A DNA stretch of 56,202 nucleotides, counting the filler, from Sphacelaria rigidula (Eukaryota): assembly GCA_964200075.2 (NCBI GenBank). It is 4 parts of 4 records of this genome, joined end to end, with 100 filler letters (N's around TTAATTAATTAA, not from the genome) between each part and the next. Parts side by side here need not be neighbours in the genome. Positions count along the whole stretch, not along the records: positions 14,079 to 28,055 come from CAXNAA020002537.1; positions 28,156 to 42,129 come from CAXNAA020002538.1; 2 more parts are not named here. One strand, 5' to 3'. This document shows, piece by piece, positions 26,761 through 37,771 of the stretch. The translations under genes and the position numbers were made by a program. The first letter of the stretch is position 1, and the number at the start of each line of letters is the position of its first letter. The notes under the pieces were generated by a model. It did not search any database, was not told the origin of the DNA, and saw only the letters and a program-made list of their open reading frames with translations.

Positions 26761-28055
26761 ACAACATTTTTGTTTTCCTGCCAGTTTTTCGTTCAAGAAC
26801 TGTTACTCGTGCAAAGGTTTCACCATCCATTCGTGCCACACGGTTCGGAGCGCACCCAGTCTCGTTCGTACCTCGTGCGATATTACGTCGAATGTACAGC
26901 TTTTCTCATCCGTGATTCATACGTGATGTCTCGTTTGCACATGAATCACACTCAACGTTCACGAAGACTCATCTGGTATGAACTCTGATTCGTCCCATCC
27001 TTGCAATATTAGCACGCCCTGGCTTGAGCATGTTTTGTTGCGTTCATGGAGCAAGATTTTCACGAGCGGAAAAAACGTCTCATGTTCAGAACGTGTCTCA
27101 TCGAGACAAAAACAAAAAGGCAAAAATCTTTGTAACGAAGCGTATTCATCTCCACAACGACCAGTTCGGGTCCCACCGAGAAGACACAAAACGGGCGTTT
27201 ACGGGAGAGCGGTGTTCCTTGTGGCACTGACCGCACTCTCGAATAGTTTTGACCAATCGACAAGCACCACGACAAATGCGACTAAAAAGAACACAACAAA
27301 CGCCACTGGAACGTCACGGAAAGACGTTGCATGTACAGTATCAAGCTCGACAGAACAACCAGACACCCACTGTCCAAGAGCATCACGCCCGGCACGAGCT
27401 CTTGCCCATCCCTATGTATTGTTGTTCATTTCGTGGCGACCCTTAATTTCGAAATTGGAAGAGGGTTGGCCGTGTGTGTGCCATAAACGTTACTCACGAC
27501 GAAGCAGTCGATCTTTATAGATGTGTTCGGGCCATTATTAAGGTGTTCATTTTTCATCATTTTACATCCATTTTCATTCATTTTCTCCCATTTTCGAAAG
27601 GATGGACTTCTTCTTACCCTTCGTCCGAAACAAAAGCGCGGGGTTTTTCATCCCGCGAGGAAAAAAAATCCAACATGAGAATTGTGTCCGAAAATAGATA
27701 AAATTAATCCCAGGTGGCTCCACTCTGGGCCGTCGGGCACTGTGCACCCCATCGTGCTCGTCCGTGTACGAGAGTTGGTGAGTGCCTCGCCAGTGACACT
27801 CTAGGCGAGCTCATGATCGGAATCGGCGGAAATCTGTTGAATTACCCCCTCAAGCCCGCGTAAGAGCATACAACCAGGTCAGCACCCCCGTCTGTATTGG
27901 TACAAAATTTCATAGATGGAAAATGTACTGATGCTGTCTGAGGTATAATCAAGGGTGCACGAAGAATAAAATCCACACACTTACGAATCCCCCCCTCCCC
28001 CTTGCCAAAGAACACAGGCCTACGGCAAGCAACCAATACGAAACCCCGACCCGAC

Positions 28056-28155
28056 NNNNNNNNNNNNNNNNNNNNNNNNNNNNNNNNNNNNNNNNNNNNT
28101 TAATTAATTAANNNNNNNNNNNNNNNNNNNNNNNNNNNNNNNNNNNNNNNNNNNN
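28056..28155. other. Artificial contig linker
   Basis: 100-bp N spacer with TTAATTAATTAA. Confidence 0.97.
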
Positions 28156-28230
28156 CAGATCGCTCCGAGATTTGAATCCACGACCCAACCGTCAGAAGGT
28201 TTCGAGGTTACCAACTGGGCCACCGGGGAC
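28156..28230 (-). mobile_element. tRNA-like SINE head, cut by the contig end
   Basis: Reverse complement GTCCCCGGTGGCCCAGTTGGTAACCTCG...GGATTCAAATCTCGGAGCGA has A/B boxes like the copy at 12193. Confidence 0.65.
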
Positions 28231-29453
28231 TGTGACTGTTCCGCTGTTGATCTGATATGCGCCGTGAGTATCGTAAAATAAAGTATTCTCCAAATGTTCA
28301 AGCGGGTGACGGTGTGTAGCCCGTGATCGGATTGGGAAGAACGTTCTGGTAGTCTACGTAAATGCTCGACGGAGGCATACTTTTCCGGTTGAAACAGCTT
28401 CTTCGCTCAACTCGTCTCGCTGATCAATTTATTTTGCAAAGAAGAGGTTCCCCCTTGGGTGGGTCGGTTTTGCTTGGCACAGTGAGCTTACTGACTAAAT
28501 ACTTACTACACGCAATACGTAATCCTTCTGCCGCCGGACCCCTGAGGTGGAGCCCTGAGGTGGAGTATAGATGAACACATGAAAAAAATGTGAAACAGCA
28601 GCCTTGCCCATATTGAAGGCGCCATTATTGCGCCATTTGATGGGGTGTTATTAAAAATTGGGGGGTAAGTAGGTGATACGGAGGTAAACCAGAACCAAGA
28701 TAATTGCATATGGACAGGCTACTCACTTTCTTAAGGAGCACATACGGGCAACCCGGCGGCAAAGCACGAATCTAGCAAAAGGTTCACAACTTGCGTCCAG
28801 TATGATAGTATAACAGTATAACAGTTGCCCTGCCTTCTCTGCCCGGTGCCAGTGCAGCCGCGGGCTTTTGTCGAGTGGTTGATGACAGTGCTCGATGACT
28901 GCTGTGCAACTCAAGAGAGGAGACAAGCAATGGCGCACCACTGTTGTACTGTACAGTATGAAAGCGGTCGTTGACATGCTGTACAGACAGTACTGACAGC
29001 ACTGTACTGCGCGGTGTCCCAAACGCTAGATCACAGCATGATGTGCACGCCTCTCGCGGGACTGTCCGCCGAAGATGTACCGAAGGGAATCCCAATGCTC
29101 AAGAGGATAGCTCTGGATATCCTTAATCTTGCGACGCCGTCTATCAGTTTGCTGCACAGCCATCAAGCGCTTTGCGCCTGTAGTTGTGCTTCAAACTCCA
29201 CTAATAGCAACGTTGCATATCGTCTTGTTCGCCCCCTACAGTAACGTGCTCACAACGTATCATCTTGCTTTCGTTCAGTTGGCCGCTGCACCGCGCCGTC
29301 TTCCGTAAAACCTTGTGCTGGAGACAAGGTCGTATCCTGTCATGTAATCCTCTCATAGAATATACACTCTAAGCTAAGAGTCATTCTCACGTCCCGTGAT
29401 ACATTCTCCTGGCCTCGTGGCGGATACAATTTTTCGTTTGCGACACTCAACAG

Positions 29454-30789
29454 GCGGTGACGGAATACTCCGGGTGCAGGAAGGATCAGCCTCACATCAA
29501 ACTGTTCTGGCAAGCGCTCAGAGATTTCACGCCCGAGGAGCGGTCTATGTTGGTCAAGTTTACATGGGGACGGTGAGCGCTGAGAATCGATTCACGAGGC
29601 AACTGTGCGCAAATAATATGCGGAACTCCGTGATGCACAGAAAGAGAGTAGCCGCAAGGAGCTGTTACTTTGGGGCGATGTTCTAGAGTGTAGTGTACGT
29701 ACAAGGAACGTGGCCCGCACGCATATCCTGCCCTGCGATAATTTGTTTTGGCGCACGTCTGTAGCGCTCGCTCTACCGTACTAGTAATGCCGTGGACTCG
29801 CGGGGCTTGGCGTAGCTCTCAACGTGGTGTGCGCGCGGGTCTCTGTCCGAAATCGCTACTGTAGCACCATCGACCTCTCGCTATCGTTGTACTACAACCC
29901 TTGAATGCCCAAGGCGTGCCGCGTCGTGATGTAAACAGGACACGGCTGCCTTTGACCGCGGAAGGGTTTAGCCAGCGATTCAAGCTACAGAGCTTCAGCA
30001 GGAGTCCTCCCGACAACTACCTTCCTGTCGCCCACACTTGCTTCTTCTCTCTTGAGCTCCCTGCGTACAGCTCACTCGAGGTACGATGGTGACCTGGGTA
30101 TCATTTCATCGTTCCATCGTTGTATCCTTTGCAATTTTGGTTTTTGCACTCTCGCGGCTCTCATAGCAAGGCAATAATAGCAAGGCAAGGCAGCGTGTGT
30201 TCGCAGTTCCCATGTGGTTTGTTTTGCTAATATTTTGAATGAAGTGAAAAAACGGAACACATGATCCTCCTGAAGACTAGCAGCAACTAATGAACCGCAT
30301 AATCTTCACCCCCGTCACTTCTTTCGTGTTTGATCAAGCTGCGATTCTTACCTCCAGCCATGGAGCTACGTTAAAAGCTCAACACTAAACACCTCATTAC
30401 GCCTCTTCTTTTCCGTGGTTAATTTGCAAGACAATCGTGCGACCCGAAAGAAAAACAAGCCAGACGAAAACATGACGATCCCTAGAAATATCCCTTGAAA
30501 AATTCGGCGCCCAATGTTCAGTTTGCGAGAAACACCGCCGCATCTGGGAACTGAAAATTACAACATTCACCTTTAGGTTGGGTAGACCCGTTACTGCGTT
30601 TACTCCACAAGTGTATATATCAATTGCGGATGCCGTAGCCCTTACACACAGACGCCTTATGATTTACCGCAGGTAATGAAAGAGCGACTACGGAACGCGA
30701 TATACAATTGCCAAGCCATCGACGGAGACGACACATTCGCGGGAATGCAGGCCGCAGCGATGGGCTGGGACTGGGAAGAGGAAGATTAA
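29454..30789 (+). CDS. HECT-domain E3 ubiquitin ligase, last three exons (29454-29572, 29939-30080, 30673-30789); 5' part not found
   Basis: GT-AG introns with compatible phases give AVTEYSGCRKDQPHIKLFWQALRDFTPEERSMLVKFTWGRTRLP...[42 protein letters not shown]...WEEED*. This is a HECT C-lobe with the catalytic HTCF motif. Confidence 0.93.
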
Positions 30790-31848
30790 CCGATCGCATG
30801 CTACCCTCTCTTCTTTGCTGCTATTGTAGCACATATCAAGTGGACGTGGCCCCCCGACATTCACATATACAGCGAGCTCCACCAGTGCACGCTACCCTAC
30901 CCCAGATATATGGTCATCAGCGTGAAGGTTGACCACGGCTTCGGGTCAGGTTACGGTTCCGGTTGAGGTTGTGTTGGGTTCGGCTAGCGTGAACCCCGCA
31001 TTCAGGAGAAAATCGCCCGGAATGGTAACTAGCCCTCATAGTCGATGCCTATATTTCGATGCACGCCCGTTGTGGCCACCGTAGGTAACCGTAGGTTGTG
31101 GCCACCGTAGGGCCGACTAGACACCCTCGTGGTGAACCTCTCATATGAACGGTCCAGGTGGGCCTGAGGCCCCAGATGGACGTCCGCGCTCAGATCGAAC
31201 TGGCGCAACAATCTAGGGTTTCCAAACAGGGTTTGCCGGAGATTTCATCTTTTGAATATACTCTTCCCAGGACGGTAGTCCCATCGAGAGATTGTATGAT
31301 CGACTGTTGCAAGTTGCCACAACCGCGAAGCGCTCACCAAAACGATCAACTTTTGATGGGCAAGTATGCAAGGGCATGTGTGCAGGGTAGTCGCAATATA
31401 TATATATACATATATGGTATCGCAAGTAAAAGACCGGGATGGCGAAATAGTTTGTTTACCCTGTACTGTGGCATTCCCCCCGATAGTACAGGTTTTGAGG
31501 CAAATTTCTGTACCTGTAGAGTAGCACCAACTCATGTTTGTTGCCGGTGCTTTGTTTCGTTCCGAAGGCACATGATAGCTTATTTTCAAAGAAAAATAAT
31601 AACAAGTATTAGAGTACGAAAATCGCCCGTCCAAGACCTATCATAGTACGCAAGGAACAGCCCACCAAAACGCTCGGCCCGCCGCGATTTTGTCAAGTCA
31701 CCCCAATCAACTCAGTCGGCGCTGACTGTGTGGTCCATCCAGGATACTTTGCTTGATGTCAGGGTCATGATAAGGGTCAGGGTTAGGGTCAGGACCCCGG
31801 CTAAATCTGACATCCCAGGTGAGGTGGATATCCCAGACGGATTGAGGT

Positions 31849-32237
31849 GACTTTTCCACTCGGTAGTGGACAGATATTTCTCGGGAATGATGGTTTGTGC
31901 AGGTGCTGATGCATTTCGAATAACACTAACCCTAACCCTAACCCTAACCCTAACCCTAACCCCGACCCCAACCCCAACCCCAACGAAGACATCCCGAGAA
32001 CCCTCGGGCAAGGGGGGTTGAACGTGTTCCCTAGGAGAAGTGTCCGTTGCCAGACCTCAAATCGGCGCCCCAGGCGCCGATTAAGACAAGAATGCGTTTT
32101 GCGCACGCTAGCAGCATGCCAGGAGCATAGCCCCTTCAAAGATTTGGATTTCGGTGTCCACACTAAAATCCAATATTGCAACTGTCACAAACCGGAAATT
32201 TCCGAGAACTATCTGTCAACTACCGAGTGGTGAAGTC
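31849..32237. mobile_element. ~390-bp non-autonomous TIR element containing (TAACCC)6
   Basis: ~50-bp imperfect TIRs (CCACTCGGTAGTGGACAGATATTTCTCGG / CCGAGAACTATCTGTCAACTACCGAGTGG). Internal telomere-type repeats at 31927-31984. Confidence 0.7.
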
Positions 32238-32317
32238 TACTGGACGGATTTCTCGGTGATATTTCGCCCGGAATGAACATCTATACTCACACGTTGAAAT
32301 TTATTTTGTCGCACTTT

Positions 32318-32510
32318 GAACCCCTCCCCTTCCTCGGGACGAATCCGTGGTCTACTAGTCTCATGGGATCAACCCATCTCTCCCCGATACACGCCTTGCA
32401 TTTTGGTCACGCGGATTGCGTCAGCGCTCCCGCACAGCGTAAACGTTCGTCAAACTCAGTCAAGTACTGTTTGTTTACTCACCTTCTCACGTTCTCAACA
32501 ATGGAAAAAC
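32318..32510 (-). mobile_element. Interspersed repeat (SINE-like family B)
   Basis: Collinear with 25245-25420. Confidence 0.55.
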
Positions 32511-33604
32511 GTCAAACAAAAACCCAACATATCTGGCGGGAATTGAAGTCACGTTCTCTCCATCCTAATGGTAGCTGTCGAAGCACACCACTACTGGACC
32601 GCTTGGGCGCGGCGGCTATATATTCACGTGCGACGTGCGATACATCTCACATCCTGGATGGACATTCCATGTGGATATCCCAAATAAACTCCCATCCATA
32701 TCTAAGAAGGACACAGGGTGTCCCACGCGAACGTCTCGCGTGGACGTCCCAGATGGATACTATATCCCAGGTAGACATCACAAAGGGATGCGATATATCA
32801 GAAGATGGAGGTTGCACGACACTCGGGCCCCCCGAAAACGTATGTACCCGGCGATCGTTGGCGTCGTCGCTTTTCGGTGGCAGAAGTCGAGCAAGCAGCC
32901 AAGACTCAGTTTTTTTTTCGCTCTTCTTTTGAGGAAGCGAGATTCACCCTCCAGCCCAATCGGAGATGCTGTTTGTGAGCTACGTCATGTATTTTTGCCC
33001 TTGAGGAGGGCATCATAAGGCTCCAAGACGACACCATATTTGGATAGAAACTTGAAGGTGGGATACACACAGAAGTTTACTTACTGCTTGCGATCCGTAT
33101 CACGTATACCTGACATGTAGCCCTTGGTTGACTGAGCACGGGCTTCGTCTTTTGAATCAATCCGAGGAGGACTGAATGAAATCGGACGTTTTCAGTAGCC
33201 AAGATTACCCAATCGAAACGACAAAAATGGTGCTCGATTACGCCCACCCGCCTCCATTGGTTGTACTTATCTCCTGCTGAACGGATTTCCTGAAGCAAAC
33301 AAAATAGTTTCCTGTTAAAGTAAGAGAGGCTCGAATGCGCTTATGTGTATCAAGAAACGTCTACCTTGCATGGACCCGAGGGATGTTTCAAAATAAAATC
33401 CTGTGTAACGGGAGCTATGTCCTGTACTAGGGTTTCAGGTCAACTTTTGTTTGCTGTGTCTTCTCGTTCCTTTTTTTCCCTAGCCTACTTGGTATGTCCT
33501 GCCTTTTTTTCTGTTTTTTTTTTTCTTCTTCAGCGAGTGTTTCAGTTTAGTTTTTTTCACACTCTATAGACAATGGATACAATAATAATAGTTAAATGCT
33601 CATC

Positions 33605-33940
33605 AAGTAATAGACGCCGAAGAAAACTATCGGTATATTATATTGTCGAACACAATAGATGGTGCAATACATCTATTGATGTGTATTGCAACGGACAATA
33701 GATGTTGCAACAGTCGATCAATAGTCTATGACAACGGCAATAGATCAAGGTCACCAGCCATCGATGGCCATCGTTTACGCAATAGATTCTGGGTGTGTTG
33801 ATCGATAGCCACTGGCATACTTGATAGATTTGGTGAAACATCCATCGGTAGCCATTGGCGTCATCAATAGATTTGATGAGCCGTCTATCGGTAGCCTTTG
33901 GCATCATCAATAGAGCTGGTGAACAATCTATCAATAGCCT
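33605..33940. repeat. Diverged 42-43-bp tandem array
   Basis: CAATAGAT-like anchor at 33653, 33696, 33738, 33780, 33822, 33865 and 33908. Confidence 0.7.
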
Positions 33941-33989
33941 CTGCCGCCAACAAAGGATTTTGGGGTATCGCCCAAAACCACAGGAGGAC

Positions 33990-34290
33990 CTGACAAATTG
34001 GGGATGGATCTTTTATTGGGGATGGGAAACCCGGAGAATTTAACATTCGTTTCTACACCAAATCTTTGAAATATGGTCCCATTTCTCCACCTACTGATAG
34101 GTATTGACCACTGCTACACGCCATACAAAGTTGGATTTCGATCACCAAAATGTTGGGGTCCTAGGTGAAAAAAAATCGGAAACATTTTGGCGTCCGTTCG
34201 GACACCCGGAATTCCCCATAATTGGTTCTTCACCTAGGATCCCAACATTTCGGTGATGGAAATCCAAATTTGTATGACGTGTAGCAGTTG
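33990..34290. mobile_element. Partial copy of the fold-back palindrome family at 36300
   Basis: Hairpin at 34110-34288 (ACTGCTACACGCCATACAAA...TTTGTATGACGTGTAGCAGT). The left arm is collinear with 36310-36490. Confidence 0.65.
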
Positions 34291-34559
34291 AACTTGACAT
34301 ATATTATAAAAGTATATTTCGTACTTTTAAAATGCTTGTCAAATTACATAAATTTGTACTTATAAGAATACAGTAAGCGCTATTAAAAGAGATGAAGACG
34401 CAAAACGTTTGACTAAAAAAACATAAATAAGGGCGTGTGTGTCTTTCTTCAAAATCAGCTTTTCGGTCGATCGGCTGCTAAGCATGCAGAAAGAAAGGGT
34501 GGACCCAGAACGTGCAGCAGAGGCCATAGAAGCGGTACGCAGAAGCGAATATACAAACA

Positions 34560-34893
34560 CCGCAAAACCCACCAGACTTTTTGGGTTTCGCCAATGTTCA
34601 TTGATCAGTTTCTTACAACAAAGTTAACAGAAAAATATCCAAAAAATCAGGACAATTTTCGAAAAAATGCCCTCCGGCATCTGAGGTTCTCGGGACAGAG
34701 CGGGCAAGGAGCGGAAGCAGGCATACGAACCCCGCAAAGCCCACCAGACTTTTCGGTTTTTGTCAGCGTTTATTGGTCAATTTCTTGTAACAAAACAGTC
34801 AGAAAAAATCAAAACAGTGCTTATTGCTCATCATCAACTTCTTGCGACAAAGTTGACAAAAAAAAACTTGACAATTTTCGAAAAAATACCCCC
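34560..34893. repeat. Diverged direct duplication (~170-bp period)
   Basis: CCGCAAA-CCCACCAGACTTTT...GACAATTTTCGAAAAAAT occurs from 34560 and from 34732. Confidence 0.6.
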
Positions 34894-36299
34894 GGGCGGG
34901 GGCGTACTCATTTATTGCTTCCCTTAGTAGTTTGACCATTGGCCACACATCCCTTTCGAGACGGAGCATCGTTCTTACTCCTATTGCCCTCCGGCGGGGG
35001 GGGGGGGGGGGTAAGAGTCGGAAATTTTTCTCCGGGCGACCCCGCGTTTTCCTGTAAGAAACTAAGCGANNNNNNNNNNCGCTCCCCACCTCACTCCCTG
35101 GGCCGGGTGCTCACGTCGCTCCCGCTTCGGCCCGGCGGGGGGGGGGGGGGGGGGGGCTACGTGTCCGAAATTTTTCTCCGCGCTGCCGCCCGTTTTCACG
35201 TAAAAAAATATGCCAGTTCACACATCTTTTTCCAAAAGGGTCAAAGTACGGAACATGACACCGGCCCCAGATCGGAACGGTACGATATTACGTAATATTC
35301 CGCAAGCGCAAGCTAAAGCCCGACGCGTTGTGAGTTTTGAGTTCAGCGCTTGTGCGGAGAGACTCGGGAACCATTTCCGGGGAGAAAGTGGTGTGGTCGT
35401 TGTGGCGTTCGTGAACGGTAAATGGGCGGAGAAGAGCCGCGAATGTGGGCGCCATGCGCCATGGTTGGAGTTGGCGGGTGGATCCCCTTTCGCGCAGTGT
35501 ACCGCATCAGGTGCAACAGTGTGGGAAGCGATCGACGAGGATGGGTAAATTCTGAGCCGACTGTGGCCCAGATACGATACGATTGAAATATAATTCCTAC
35601 ATCAGGTACACCTGGAATAAACTTGGCCTAGAAGGGGGAAGTAGTGGTTCCTGGAGGCGAGACGTCATTCTGGGCATGACCATATCTCGCGAGTCTTGTT
35701 TTTTTCTGGGGGGGGTTTCGAGGCCTGGGTGCGGGGAAGCCCCTCGATTGCTGTACGCGAAAAATTCGGAGCGAAATCGGCCTAGATTGTGTGTTAAGCT
35801 GTTTTCGCGTTTCTGGTCATTTTTCGTCCCTTTCTTAGGCAAAATACGGGAAGGCATACCTTTTCAACGACACTGCCCTCATCATTACCATCACCGTCAT
35901 TATTTCATGCAAAAAGATATATGTGGACACCTTGCCTTTACGTCCAAATCGTATAATGCTCAGCATCACTCCTGCTACCGCTACATCATAGTACAAGGAC
36001 GTGCCTCACCACCACATTCTGTACAAGGTAGACATGACTTACATACCGTGACCAGTGGCGTACACTATCAATATTAATAGATGAATAGGACACATTCACT
36101 GATTACTCACCATTCCTTATTAGATCAGACACATTCACGTATTACTCACCATTCCGCCGAGAAACAATCGGGAACACACGGAATGTTATGTGCCACAATG
36201 GGTGTATATCCGCTTCAGAGCATCAAAACAAGGGAAACTCTGTGGGCAAGAACAAACTAAGTACCTGGAACATGTGTAGGGGCGGAGAAATCAACAAAA

Positions 36300-36738
36300 A
36301 ACAGCCCATCATCGAAATTGAGGATGAAGCTCTTCATTGAGGATGATAACCCGGGAAATTAAAAATCTCCACATCCACGCCAATTCTTCGAAATACGGTT
36401 CCATTCCTTCATCTGCTGGTAGCTCATGACAACTACTATACGCCATACAAAATTCAATTTCCATGACCGAAATGTGGGGATCTTAGGTGAAAGAAAATTT
36501 TGGGAATTTAATTGATCCGCATCACCTAAATTCCCATGAATTGTTGCTTCACCCAGGACCCCCAAATTTCAGTCATCGGAATCCAGTTTTTTATGGCGTA
36601 TAGTAGTTGTCAATAGCTACCAGAAGATGAAAGAATCGAACAATATCTCGGAAGAATTGGCGTGGATGCGAAGATTTTAAGTTTCCGAGTCATCATCCTC
36701 AAAGAGAAGCTTCATTCTCAATTTCAATGATGGCTGTT
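36300..36738. mobile_element. ~440-bp fold-back palindrome (non-autonomous TIR element)
   Basis: Arms of ~200 bp are imperfectly reverse-complementary along their length. Termini AACAGCC...GGCTGTT. Confidence 0.8.
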
Positions 36739-37771
36739 GAAGATAAATAATAACGTTGGCGAGGGTATGCAATCATACACCCACGCACAGTTTACTGCTA
36801 CAATCAACATTTAGGAGATCGAACTATCACCCTAGGGAAGGGCAGAATGGGAAATAAACGCTACAGAAAACGATGACCTCACGCCTCGGTAAGCTTCTAA
36901 TCTACGTACTGCATCGTAACGAAATATAGCGCTGAGCTAATTCAATCGCTACACAGTACTTACTCCATCTGCTCGGGATAAAGCAATGTTACCTACCCCT
37001 CGTGCACTTACTGCATGCGCACCCGCCCAACGCATTTCAAAAAGAACTCCTACCAAGAGTCCTAACGTTGTCCATCTTTCGACCCCCGATGTCTTTGGAG
37101 TCATGTCCGATTTGCAAAACACCACTCCCTGCAAGCCAGATGCATCAGATTTTGAAACGGTCGGCGACCATAAATGAGATACACACAAAAGTGCTGCTCA
37201 GTAGACGAAGAGTAGTAACTAGCTCTGGTGGTGGAACACATGACGCACGAGAAGCATTATAGTACCCTGCGCTGCGCCACAGTACCCCAAGCATGGCGCA
37301 GAAATGTTGCACACGAGAGCACACGGCATGGACTGCGCTGTGCGTGTTTCGACCCTTTCGAAGCGGCAAAAAGCAGGCGAAGATCGCGAAAATCACCGAA
37401 TCACAGCGATACGTGAGCGAAGGAGGTATCAACATGCCGGCAACCGCGACGAATCAAGTATAAACTCCCGCTCAAAGCCTTACAAAATTGAACGGCCCCA
37501 TCCGAAAAGTAAACAACGCAAGCACGGGAAAAAATTCTGATTTCACAGGAAAAAATAAAACAAACAAATTAATACAACAGTTTTTGCCCGGCTCTCTTGC
37601 TCAACAACAAAAACAACAATAACGACAACAATTCCACGAGCCGGTAAGGCAAATGCAGAGGGGTTTAGTGTGAGAGTATCTGCCGAGCGAACAAAATACA
37701 TTGCTCAAAATCCCAATAAACTCCCTCGAAAACAACATGTCCGCCAAGCAAAACGGGTACTGTGCCTACCC

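Noticed and set aside
31927-31984. True telomere or chromosome-fusion site
   Set aside because: Only six perfect units, internal to the contig and enclosed by TIRs of a repeated element.
26255-33940. CRISPR-like interpretation of the 42-bp arrays at 26255-26760 and 33605-33940
   Set aside because: The apparent spacers are homologous to each other, the repeats are degenerate, there are no cas genes, and the context is eukaryotic. These are minisatellites.
34930-35400. Poly-G tracts as regulatory G-quadruplexes
   Set aside because: They flank a 10-N scaffold gap (35070-35079) in low-complexity repeat sequence. Homopolymer lengths are unreliable and no function can be supported.
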